Source: Obrimoposthia wandeli (Eukaryota). From it: 64,000 bases of DNA. The notes below the pieces were generated by a model. It had not been told where the DNA came from. It made no database searches and saw nothing but the letters and a program-made list of their open reading frames with translations. Shown here piece after piece: positions 1 through 12,900 of this stretch. The stretch is from NCBI GenBank assembly GCA_977020255.1, contig CDROCS010002968.1, positions 248,001 to 312,000 on the forward strand. The letters run 5' to 3'. How positions within the stretch are numbered: position 1 is the stretch's first letter; every line of letters starts with the position of its first letter. Made by a program: the position numbers and the translations under genes.

Positions 1-2135
1 TTAGTAAGGGGTACATAGAATAAAACCATACTGTACCAACATATTTATACAATCATATATTAAACTAATACAAACTCTGTAAATACACACATTGCTTGTA
101 GAATTGCTAATTATCGAAGACATTTTCTAAAAATTTAATTTTTATTAATTTATTATAATTGTTTTAATTTTTCCTTTTATTTTTAACAATATTTTAATTA
201 ACATCTAATTTAAAAGAGGACGTAGTCCATGACCTGATGCTTTATTGATTTGAAATTCACAGCTGACTGATTGAGTCTCATATGACATTTCAAGTTCTTC
301 AAATAGATGTATAGTGAAATTTCCACAATGATAAGAAACTAGATCTGGTCAACTACTCATCAACATTGCGATGAATTTCAATACAGGTTAGCAACTTTTC
401 AGTTACACAATGTTACTATAAAATTCTTTTTTCAAAGATACTTTTTGGTGGTACAAAATATCACTTCATCGGGAGCATAATTGGCATAATAAAACGAATT
501 TTCTTGGATTTTTGAATTAGACATCGCAGAATCGCACCCCTTTAGAATGACATAAATAAGAATGTTTTATATTATTAATTTGGGGATTAAAAAATTGGCT
601 TAAATATATTGCAACTTAGTAGTTTGATTGTTCAGAGTGTCGCCCTAAATTGCTCAACTAAATCCCTCTTCTTCTGACAATATTTCCATCTATGAAATAT
701 TGAACTTGTTGAGTAAAAAATATCAATGGTCAACAACCATTTAAGAATTACAGCTGATTCTGACCAATTCTGATGTGTTAGATTGTTCATGATTGGGTTT
801 GTTAGTGTTTCAATCTAATTAAGAGGTATTATTAAATATGATTAATTTAGAATTTACAACAAAAAATTATTAAATAAATATAAGTAAAAATAAACCATTT
901 TTTGTTAAAAGAAACTCACAATTTCAAAATATTTCCATTTAGTCCTAACACTAGAAATGGTAAAATAAGAATATAGAACCGTTTAATTAGTAAACAATCG
1001 TGCTAAATAATCATGAAGATTGCGCAATACCTTAAATTGACAATTACACTATTAAATATTAAAATGAATCACTTAAACTCTTTACACAAAGAGAAAATAT
1101 AAATTAAACAAACTAAAATTCAAATTAATAATTTGCTATTTGCCAATTAAAACCAAGAAATTTTTGCTGACTTTCTTTTCATCTCAATGAGAAAAATCTC
1201 AAATGAATATTTAACTTGACATAAAAGAATTATTATTGCCGTAAATTTATTTGTATAATCTACACGATAATTCGTCCTAATCTTTGGGATTGACAGTTTC
1301 AGTTTTAAACAATTCGTTAGTTCGGATTTGAACTGTGTTTTAATTTATATTTTATGCTCTGTTAAGAAGAAGTTGTCGAAAAAACCTGATTATTTTTGTG
1401 ATATGAGGTTCAATAAAATTGTAATCGCCAAAAGAAATCCATTTACAAATTTAATTAGATATGCATGGAGGCCAAGAGAAACAATGGCTGTGACATTAGG
1501 GTGGAGCGAAATAAAAATTTCTTTACAAACTCTTCGTAATAGTGCAGAAGAGGTGCCCTTACATATAAAAAATAACCTGTGAAAATTGTAAGTCGCTGGG
1601 TCAATATTATCAGCTGCCCCTAAGGTTTTGAAAATTTAAAAAAATGTGAAATAACGATTTTTTTTACTATTTTTAAAAATATATTTCTGAACTTAGTTAT
1701 CTTTATAATAGCGTGTAATTTATTCTACTATACTTGAGGAACAAGATACTTTTTCAGGGAACAATAAAAATAATAAATTAAAGTGCCCCTACGACTTTAA
1801 AAAAGGTAAAATTGATCAAAATTTACTTCTTTTATTTGTTTGTTTTTGGGAATAATTGTCATTCATAATAGTGTGTAGTATGATGCTTATTACACATTTC
1901 ACTACGTGTAAAAGTTTCAGACTAAAGTATTGGTATTTTCAGGTGCCCCTGTGAATTTATAAAATATATAATACTCATTAAATTGGTTTTATTAACAAGC
2001 AGCTCTTAGTTTATTTTGATTTGCTAACTGACCAAAATAAACCAGAACTCACCACGAGGAGGTGGCTGCATATAGAGTTCCACCCGTGCCCAACCCAGCC
2101 ACCTTTTCTTATGTAAAGCACTTAAAATTTATGAT

Positions 2136-2512
2136 TCAACCACAAAATTGTGATTTTGTTTCAAAATTCGGCATTTTCTGTCTTGCCTGAACTCTTGCTC
2201 GGATGAAACCATCCCTTGTTTTCGACCCACATACGGCAGCTGAAGCCTCTGTCACCAGCTTTATGTATCTCTCTACAGCTTGGGTATGACAAGGGAATTG
2301 GAGGATTTCAATTTTGTCTTTAGTCTGTATGAATTCATCACACGATCATCAGAAAGGCCACTCGTTATTGGAGGCGTGAGTAAACTTTGTACAGAACATC
2401 TTTGGCAATGGATACAAGATAAACGACCAAACCTGACGTTTTTGGATACTGAGAGAATAAAGGGAATAAAAATCGGTGAACAATAAATTGAATTTAAAAA
2501 CTTTGGAAACAT
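2136..2512 (-). mobile_element. hAT-superfamily (hATm-like) transposase C-terminal relic
   Basis: Minus frame FPCHTQAVERYIKLVTEASAAVCGSKTRDGFIRARVQARQKMPNFETKSQF*, preceded by LTPPITSGLSDD. Confidence 0.75.
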
Positions 2513-3376
2513 ATTGTACTTTACTCAAATTTGACAATGGTTAAAAGCACTCAATTATGAACGGAAGAATAATTTTAAATAAGAAGTTTAAAAAAACAGG
2601 TAACAATATAATTACACAAAGTATTTTATTATTTATACAAGATTTTTAAATTCACTTCTATATAGTACTTCAGAATGTTTCTTAAGTTGTTAATGATATA
2701 TAATTTAACTGCATATCTTTAAAATAAAAGAAGAACGTATAAATAATCAACTAAAAAAAGATTGTTCAAAGAATGAATTACAGTATAATAGAAATTATAA
2801 ATAAGTGTTTAAGTTTAAGCGTATCTAAGTGATCTAAAAACAAAATTCAAGATTTAAATGGCAATACAATTTAAATATTTAAGAAGAAAAAATAAATTCA
2901 AAATTAAATTTTGAAGAAAAAATTTTTTCAGCATCAGTTTTAAAAGAATTTTGTAAAAATTTCAATGTAGGCAAAAACTTTAAAAAGCCTGTTAAATCAA
3001 TTTATTAAACATTTACCAAAGGCTGGAAAAATAAGAATCATAAGATACATAATTATGATATGAAGATAGCATGTTCGGGTAACAGATGTGTGCAGCTGTT
3101 GGATTTATGCACTTAAAATACACGTATATTTTTCTAACTATCTATCTATCTATATGCGGCATTCACCAAAATTTTAGAATATTAACTTTAAATTTCTATA
3201 TTGAATAATATTTCACCTTAATTAGGTAAATGTTTCAATTTGATGTTATTTCTTCTAAAAGTTTGACTATGTATTATAAAATCAAACTAAATTGTAGGGG
3301 TATGTTTAATTGTAAGCACAAATGACATTAATAGTATAACAGGGACATTTAAACGAGAATCAAAACATTAGATATC

Positions 3377-4305
3377 TCAATATTTGGTATTATAATTTTT
3401 AGCAGCTTTGACAGCTTTTTTGTCTTTGAGATATTGGACATAAAGCATTTTAATGATATCGACTAAAATTTTGTTTCATTTTTCTTTAGTAATGCAGTAC
3501 AATTCACAATTTGTTGATGCGAGTCTTTTTGAAAGATTACTTTTAAGAATGGCTCATACATATTTAAATATATTTAGATCAGATGACTGTGTAGGTCAAT
3601 CTGACAACAAAATTACTTCTTTATGATCAAGATAACCGTTGTTCTTCGAGATCTATGGCAAGAAACTCTATATTGCACAAATATATTATTATATTTGTAA
3701 ATAATAACACCTCTCCTCTAAATTTTATATAACCCTCCATAATTTAATCGAGTAGAACAGTTTAACATGATGATTCTTACTTCAATTCTTATTGCACCTC
3801 AGTTCATTTTTGTTTGAGCAATGATGTGTAGTATTTTGGTAACATATCTTGCTAAATTTCTAGTTCCATTTAGTCGAAGAACAAAACGTCTGACATATGA
3901 ATATCATCTTTTTATGAGATTCTTAAGAAAATAAAACTGAGTCCCAGTCTTGTCGTTGAAAACATGATTAGTTTTCACCAAACAATAAAAAGCTTAAGTT
4001 TGTTGGCGATACCTTTGATTTCCAAGCAAGTATTCTACTAAAAAGCCATTATTGAACAATACCCGTATATTTGATCTCGATGAAACGTTTCTTTTGTAAG
4101 AAATTAACTGATATTCATATATCGTTTGATCTGAGAAAAGGATATATTTTAGACTGACGCACTACAAAAGGTTTTCTAAGACTTTCTTTTGCTAGCCTTC
4201 TATTTCTAGGTCAATTTGTATGATCTCCTGTATCCAAATATCGTTATTAATTCTAAAAAATAGATTATAAATACGTTACAATTTTTGTATATTTAATGGA
4301 CATGA
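3377..4305 (-). mobile_element. Tc1-like transposase relic
   Basis: DWDSVLFS*ES; D*PTQSSDLNIFKYV*AILK...AVKAAKNYNTKY* corresponds to WPxQSPDLNPIENxW...GGxTKY. Confidence 0.85.
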
Positions 4306-6570
4306 GAAATTTCTTAATATTTTCTATGAATATTAAACGTAAAATGTATTAGACTACATAATAAAAAGTTATATTGTAGATAACAGAAATGTAAGTAAAA
4401 TTAGAAACAATTTAAATAAAATGTCTTGAAAATATTTTGTGTAAATTTTACTAATTCTTAGAAATTAAAATAATTATAATTATTGTTGAAAATACAAAGA
4501 TATTATTGATTATCTTATATATTTAAAAGAAACGTTAAAGGTATTTAAAAAAATATTATTTTAAAATTATTCCGTAATGAATTTTAAATTTTCAGTATCA
4601 AAATAACATTAAAATGTAGCTAATGACATCACATAATTTATTTTCATTTATCTGATTAAGTTGTAAACGTAAATATTACAAATATTTCATAAAATGAACT
4701 TTAAAAATAGCTAGTGAACATTATGTAAATTTCATGAAAATACACTATTAAAACGTAATATCTGTCTCATATATGTGGGTGAGTGTGTTTGATCTTGAGT
4801 CGTTATTTTGTTTCAATCTTATTGGTACTTCTAAAGTTATATATGATTGTTCCTCTATTCCTCTAAAGTAGAATTTAAAATGGCTTCTTTGAAAAAAGCT
4901 TTTAAAACGTTGATATATTTCAAGTAAATAACACTCAAATTCAGAAAAACTAAATTATAAAGATTTTAGTAGTTTAGAAAATCAGTTTTAATTAATTGTG
5001 TATCCACAGAAAACAACATTAATAGAGTGGATGGGTGTGAAATTAAAGAAATGATCTCAAGAACCTTTCTCAATAAATCACTAGTAAGTCATAGTAAATC
5101 TTTCTGTATCAAAGTTTCAGTGACCGTTCTTTGTTATCTGTAACGTTTCCAAAAACTTTATAACACCTGATTTGGACAAGAGAATATAATTAATCAGTTA
5201 ACTTTGGCTTTCTCCAGTTTTATAAAATAATATTTTCTTCTGTTTTTTATTACTTTATTTGAAAATGATCTCTATCAACATTTTCTAAATAAAACTAAAT
5301 TCATTTATCAACTTATAAAAATCTTTCAGAAATAGTTTAACGTATAAAAAATGTCAAATATAAAATTTCAATTTACTGACTAAAATAGAACAAAATTAAA
5401 TTATAGTCGAAAAATCAAATTAATGTGGATATTTATGAAATTCTAAACGACTTAACAATAGAGCATTCAAATGTTCCAAACATTAACCCAAAATGTGTGA
5501 ATTAAAATAAGTTGACGAGTATTAATTTAAATTTAAAACATATCAACAATTTTTGTAATTTTTTATTATGATAATTTTATTTCATTTTTAGTGTTTTATT
5601 TTGTTGAAACATTATCGAAAGTTTTAAAATGTCGGAAGGAAAGAGAAACTTTCTACAACTATAACATCAATTTCTACGTTTTAAAATTATGTATTCAAAT
5701 TAAACCAACAAAACCCGATAAATATGAAATCAAGTTCTTGGATTATGGTCAATAATCAAACTAAATATGGCAATAATTATAGACTCAGATTAAACAACAA
5801 AAAGCAACAAATTGAATATTGATTTCAATTTTGATTTGCATGTATTACCGATAACATTTAATTCGGATTCAATGCAATCCGCTGACATTTCCCGGTTCCT
5901 AAAAGGATTTAACATGGAATTACAGAAAACCATTACTATATTGTACTGTTGGGCTTCAAATATTAAAATATATAAATTTATCTTTCTAAATTACTCAATT
6001 TAAAATATTATAAAGTAGTACGCGAAATCTAATAAAGAAACAAAGGTCAGCAATTAAGATAGGTCAAAGACAATTAAAATACTGGTAAAAACTTAACAAC
6101 GATAATGATGATGTCCATTACTAAGACTAAATTTAGCTTTAAATAATTTAGGGATCTCATAGGATACCCGAGTAAAGATGGGAGGCCTTTGAAGAAGATT
6201 AGCTAATTAAATATTCATTAGCAATCATGATTAAGAGACTATGAGAAAGCACATGTGTGTATGTTAGTATTACAAAGTTTCATGTACTTCTTATACTATA
6301 TGACGTTTTGAACCAAGGGTTCGATTTTGATAAGCTATACCTCGATTTGAAATAACTTGTGCTTTAAAATGTGTTCAATTCATCAATGTACGACTTGTCA
6401 TTGTTTAGAAATTCAACTATAAAGTTTAATTATGCAGTTTTAATTAACGAAAATGACATTTTTGGGAGTTATTTCAAATAAACAATTTGAAGAACTTGCA
6501 ATCAAAGGTGACATGAGGGAATACTTAATTATGCATTTTGATATAGTTATGATTCTCAAGTAAATGCATG

Positions 6571-8210
6571 TGTTGGGGTTTCTAATAGAAACCTTTAGAT
6601 CCTCACATGGAGACCTCCAACGTGAGTTTTGTAGCGATAGGGCTTACATATATTTGTGGCCTACCTATTCTTATCTTACTTAATTCTGGTCTCAAATCTG
6701 AAGGTTTCATGTATTATTGTTTTGTGATGTGTTCAAGGAGTTGTGTTCAAAGCTAACTATGAGGGACCCTAAAACTAGTGTGATGTGAGCTTACACGGTT
6801 TACCGGTTGTTTTTTGAGTTTAGTTCGAACTGGGGTCTGGTAAAACGAATACCTAAAATAAATTAAGAGAGCCGAAGCCAAACGACGCCAACGATGTTCC
6901 TCTGAATTCACAGCATTTGGAACAACGCTACATGATTTAACTTACGTCTAGTCTATAAGTTAATGGAATGCCTCTCGAGTAGGACACTTTCTTTCAATAA
7001 CGAAATACGTATATTTATTTAACTTCTACTTTATTTATACTATCTTATAAGATATATCAATAAAACTGTGGTATACTAAGAAAATTTAAATAAGTCGAGT
7101 GACACTTTTACTTACTTAATTCTGTTAAGTAACTTCTTTAACAACTGTTTATCAATTTATCAATGTAAGAATTATTTTACAATTTAAAATTTAATAATAT
7201 TAAGTACAAGGATAACTTAATGTTACTGCTTTAACTTTGACAGCTCAAAGTTTTACAATATTTTACTCTAACAATTTTCTTTGACAAGCTTCCTATTTTA
7301 CGAATACGACTTTGATAAACTTCTCTTTTACGAATACAATTTTAGTAAACTTTTACTTTACGAATACACTTATGTATTACGAATGCAACTTGATAAATTT
7401 CTGTTTTGCAACAATCCATCGATTTTTGTGGTTGACTGCTGATCCTTTCCGTTAGTTTTTCCTCAGTCAGACTAATCTCCTTCCGTATGCATTTGGATTC
7501 CACTGGCTTGGTCCTATTTACAAGATCAACTCGCTCCTCGACCAGTCCTTTATTAACTGGTTGGATCGCTAACTCTCTGTCTTGAGACTTTCGCTAGTGA
7601 GCTTTTCTCGTATCAATTAGTAACTTTTCTGCGCTGGATAGAAGTTTTCTTCGTCGACGTAGATTCTAACTGACTGTGGTTCACTGGATATATCTGCGCT
7701 ATAAACGATTTCAATGGTAAATACTAAATTCTAGCTGTTACCTGTACGACAGAGACTTTCCTTGTCGTTGGATGTGTCTAACTGGGGTTCGCTGGATCGA
7801 TCAATCAGTGACGTTTCTGAGCTGTAATCAATTAAATCGTATTATGTTAAACTTCAGCTGTCACCTGCACGATATAGATTTTATTCGTCGTTGCTTCTTG
7901 TCAATACGGTCACTGTGGCCGATTCACCGATCGGAGTATAGATACAATTATTGTACTTCTATTTAGATTTTTCAAATTCATCTCAATTCTTGTTTCTATC
8001 TATTCTATTTTTTCGGCCCCTTTTTTACACTTTTTCCTTATTTATCCACATATTTTATGACCTTGTCAATGTCTTTTTTGAAACTTCAATTTATTTCAAA
8101 ACTTTGTAAAATTCTATATAATTAATTTTCTTAGCCTATTTTATTTTAAGGTTAATTCCTACTATAAATAACTTATTTATTTATTCATTTTTTAATTTTC
8201 TAGCCTCAAA
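6571..8210. mobile_element. Solo-LTR-like element related to 18157-19541
   Basis: Starts TGTTGGGGTTTCTA...GATCCTC..ATGGAG..CCAACGTGAG like the 18157 copy. Internal ~30-bp tandem repeats (~7280-7400). Right end degenerate, no clean TSD. Confidence 0.6.
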
Positions 8211-9625
8211 GCAGATGGTACACATATTTTTTGTTGATCATTTTATAACTTTTAATGCTGATTTATTTATAACGATTGATAGATATATTATTATATTACT
8301 CATTTTCTCTTTAGTAAATAATTTTACTTTTTAACTATTTTCTGCATATTTATATCTGGCTCTAATAGTACATATCATGCAAATATATAGCAAACTCATT
8401 TTAATTTTTATATCTTTGTTTTTTATTTGGAAATAAATAAATATATCATGATCATCACTGATCATCAATTGGTCATAAGTTTTGATAGATATATTTAAAA
8501 TACTGTCTGAGTAAATGATTAATTATTACAAACAGTTTTGATTTGATTATAAAATTTAAAACTCTATAGGCATCTTTTATATGCATACAGTCTGTATTTA
8601 GTAAATTACTAGAAATGAAAAGTTGTAACAGTTATTTTGAACCACCTTACATGGAGCTTATTATATTAGGTTTTTCTTATGTATCAAAAATCTTAATGAG
8701 TTTATTTTTTTTATACTTAAACTAACAATATATTCTGAATTTTAGGACATTCCCTATTCTAAAACAATATTTCACTAATGTACTCAAGTTACTTTTGAGA
8801 AAAACTTTTAAATTTGGAGCACTAATCTTATATTTTATATTTAAAATAAATTTAATTAATAAAGTCAAATTAATTTTAGAAGAATTTATTTATAATATTT
8901 AAAGTTCGTTTTCAATGAAATTTAATGGAATTACGAAAAAAAATATATATATGAGTTATTATTTATACAAAAACATTAAAAAAAAATCGAAGAAAAACAA
9001 CGAAGAATAGAACAGTTTTATCGAATTTCTTTACTCAATTTACGAGAATAACTACTTATTGTATATTTCAGTTCAAATATTTTTGTAATTCGAAATAAAA
9101 GTGCTAGTAATAATATTATTCATGATTTAATTAATTTATATTGATATGTCTTTTATTTTCTGTGTTTTTCAGTTTCCATAGTTATCAGGCACTGAAAAAT
9201 CAATACGATGTAAAATACAAGTACAATAACATTAGTATTATAAATAAAATTAATGTACTTTTTAAAAGTAAACAAAGAAAATGCAAGAAACAAAAGAATG
9301 CTTCATTATTTATAACGAAATATAAGATTTATGTTCATTTTATTATATTATCATTACAAAAGCAGATAAAATATAATTACTATAAACAAGAATTGTAGCA
9401 CATAACAACAGCTAAATGGATACAAAGTAGTTATGTTGAATTTGCTATAATAAATAACAAATCGTACTAAGAGTAACAGTTGTTTATTGTAGATTTTAAT
9501 TTTAATTGTTCAGTAATTCTTGCTTAATAATAAGATGAACGTTTCTTAACATATTGTATGTATCAACATTATGTGTTAATTTTATTTAGTTTTTAGTAAT
9601 TTATGCATCTTTATCTTTAATAGCA

Positions 9626-10500
9626 ATGCAATCTTTGTCAGAGAAACAAAAAAATGAAATATCTTTGTTGAGTATCAAATAATTCCTTAGCAAACTGAAG
9701 TCATCAGTATTCAAGTATTTTTCAAAGCAAATTGTCGAATGGTATGAGCAAAATGATACAACAGAACCTGCGTCAGAATCTGTAAGACCTGCTAAGAAAG
9801 TTTATGAAAATTGAAAGACTTTAATAGATCGGGGAACATAAAAGTTTCGAATTATCCAACAATAAACATAATTTTCAAAAGCAGCCTACAGCATACAAAA
9901 AAGTCCCACTTGTGTTTGAAACTCTAAAAGATTTGGAAAACAATATAAGGAAATCTTTATCGTTTCATGCTCAATAAAGACAATACTGACATTGTTATGG
10001 ACGATGATAAATATTTTACATTTATGCAGGACAAATTCCTCTTACTAGGCATCATGCCCTGGTGAACCCCATACACAAAATCAAACTGCAATCACACGAA
10101 AATTTAAATTGAAGTTGATGATGTGGATTTCGATCTCACCACGTGGAATATTCTGTATTCTTCAAATCTGGTGAAGTAGTTATCAATAAAATTACTCCAA
10201 AATTAATTGATTCTATTTTTGATTCTATCCAAAGGAAGATTATTTGTTTTCGCTAAACTTAGACTCAATCCTCATTACTAAGGTCGCAGTCGAACTCTTT
10301 GAAAGAAATGCTTCGAATTTTATGACCAAATACTGCAATTAACTAAATGCACTTCATATATCAATTCAACCGGGAAGCCGACACTCATGAACCACTGAAA
10401 AGAAGAGTTAAGTATTGCCTAAAAAATAAAACTGACCAAGAAAAAGTATCTGCCATGAGGAAAAATGTATTTTTCAAAAAGGGAAAACAGCAAAGAATAA
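9626..10500 (+). mobile_element. Tc1/mariner DD37E (ITmD37E-type) transposase relic
   Basis: IVMDDDKYFTF; KFKLKLMMWISISPRG; YLFSLNLDS..TKVAVELFERN..FMTKYCN*LNA, a decayed FWPDLAS..NPPN. Confidence 0.7.
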
Positions 10501-11399
10501 ATGACTCGAGTCTCTTCATCGTTAACATTTTTTCACTTGTACTCTTTATTGTTATATTTACCGTTAAAAAATATAAATCTAGTATCTATGCAGACACACT
10601 TGAAACACTTTCGAATATTAAAAGTAATATTTTTATTTTAAATGCTCACTTGTTAAACTCATACATGTCTTTTAAATTAAAGTTAATTGTAGTCTATGGA
10701 AGTATGTGGTGTGAAAATTGTCCCTAGATTTTGTATTGAATGTTTTGAAAATTTATGAAATTTTGTTCGAAATTAAAGCTATTTGTATGTTCAAAGCTCT
10801 TTGAACTGTTAATATAGGTATGCATGCAAATACAGTTTTACTGTACATATTTCACACTTTCAATCATAAAACTACAAAAAAGGTATTGAAGCTGCTGAAA
10901 TTTATTTAAATCTAATGAAAAATACCTCAGTACTCTATCTAAACAGGGTTGTGGAAACTTTGGTCCACGGGACAAATTGTAGTCCACAACCATTCGTCAA
11001 ATAATTCTTTTCGTCTACTAGTTACACTGTGATCTTTATGAGGTGGCGCAGTTAGTACACGTCAAAGACGTTTGATTACAGAAACTGACAGAATCGAATG
11101 GTTCGATGAATGTTAACCAAATATATTATTATATGTTTTAAAAATTATTAATGTATTATAAAGTATTATATATATTATTTCTTTTTGATACCATTATATT
11201 TATTATTTAACCCTGTAGAGTAAACCTAACCATGAGTGAAGCTGTAAACTATTTAATATCTTAAATTTAATAATGAATATAATTATAAGTATTTATTTAC
11301 TTACGTAATTGAAACAAAACATGGGACTACAATTTGAAGCATCACTATGAGACGAAACATGATTCATTATTGGCAGAGGTAAAAAATAAATTATAATGA

Positions 11400-12900
11400 A
11401 ACTCTTTCTGCTAGACCGTTGCTAGACCGTTCAGTTGATGTCGATAAGGTGCTGTAAGCTTCTGTTCGATACCAACATTTTGTAGCAAATTCTGAAAATA
11501 ATTTCCAGTAAATATTCATCCTCTATCTGTTAAAATGCTCTTAGGTTTCCAAAATATATATATACAATTTGGCACAGGTGCTTTAGTAAATGTTATTTCA
11601 TCTTCTTTTGTAGTTGCTGATAGTGATACCAGTTTACTAAATCGATTGTCATTCTAGTCTCTTGTGAAATAGATACGAGAATATTCATCTTTGCTTGATT
11701 TCTCGTCGCTACATTTCTTTTGGCGTGGTAGCCAGTTATGTTTTCTATCATAGACATAATTTAAAAGAGTCACATTCCACAAACACAATATATATTTATA
11801 CCTGTATATAGGTGATTTTATGATTAAGTATTGGCAGTAGGATATTTCCAGTTCCTGATTACATAACTAATGCAGTTAAAGAGATGCTTGAAAACGCTGA
11901 CCGAATAGCGTGGCCATTAGTTTCTAGTGGTTTGGTTTGAAACTATTTCTGGTGCTGATGATTTTTTTGCAATAGGATATGACTCAAAAAGGTTGGGTTA
12001 TGCCACAAAAGTGGAAAGGAAAATAGATATACCGAAAACTTCTTCCTCGGATGTATAGTAACATAGACAGAGGTTTGAGCACAATGTGTGGTTTCCGGCT
12101 GATCTTTGTATAATATGAGTGAAACTACTCTCTCTCTAGAACTGGCTCAAAGGAAACAGGATTCAATTGCGACTTAAACAACAGCAACAGTGGAATATTT
12201 ACTGAAATATGTCGCGGAATATCTAACAAAATTGAACATAGACATAATCAAACTAGTGAGAGTGATTATTGATGGATGCCAGAGTCTGTGTGGAGGAAAT
12301 AAAGGATTTATACGAAAGATGCTAGGTTAAGTAGATAAAAATACAGGCAAATGCGTCTGGTTAAAAAGCAACTTTCCAATTAAAACAATACATTTTAATT
12401 AAATAATTATCCCAAATTTTTAAATATATCCTGCGGGTATGCAAAAAAAAAGGTTTAAAAAAATATTGGTGTGTACTATATGTGGATATATATATATAAA
12501 TAAGTTAAAAAACATTCAATTTATTCATCGAGGTCTACAGTTTTAGACTCTGCTAAAATTACCTAACAATTTTCAAAAATGACTCCGGCAATAACTCACA
12601 TCATCATTCAGCAGAACTTTCATACATAATTATATCATCAACATCACAAAGTCTTATATATGCATATTTTAATCCAATGATAGCACAGACGCTAGATATT
12701 GAGTTAATATAATTTAAAATTAAGTCAAATTATTCCATACAATACAATATTGTTTGTTGAATATAATGAATGATGACAAATTATCATAGACTTCTGCCAT
12801 CAATGCTTAATTTTTTTATTTAAAACTCTTGTTAATCAAAATATCTAGTGGGTGATGAAATTTGGCACCTTGTCTTTCACAGACTCTGCTATATGAGCAG
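11400..12900 (-). mobile_element. Gypsy-type pol relic (RT, RNase H and integrase fragments)
   Basis: RT-like LCDVDDIIMY...LKL (12700-12520); integrase core DNRFSKLV...KPKSILTDRG*IFTG...GIEQKLTAPYRHQLNGLA (11700-11410). Confidence 0.75.
12140..12470 (+). mobile_element. hAT (Buster/SPIN-type) transposase fragment with degenerate 3' end
   Basis: TTATVEYLLKYVAEYLTKLNIDIIKLVRVIIDGCQSLCGGNKGF corresponds to TTxGxD...KLVxxTTDGAPSMxG. A TIR-like GGGTATGC-An-GGTTTAAAA occurs near 12435-12460. Confidence 0.65.

Noticed and set aside
1328-1960. 84-aa ORF and repeated GTGCCCCT motifs
   Set aside because: Looks like a DNA-transposon subterminal region, but no TIR pair, TSD or motif could be established.
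7280-7400. Spaced short repeats (also 18500-18635) superficially CRISPR-like
   Set aside because: Degenerate tandem minisatellites inside LTR-like elements, without unique spacers or cas genes; eukaryotic context.
10347-10727. 126-aa ORF with a hydrophobic stretch
   Set aside because: Out-of-register tail of the DD37E relic running into AT-rich DNA; no credible protein signal.
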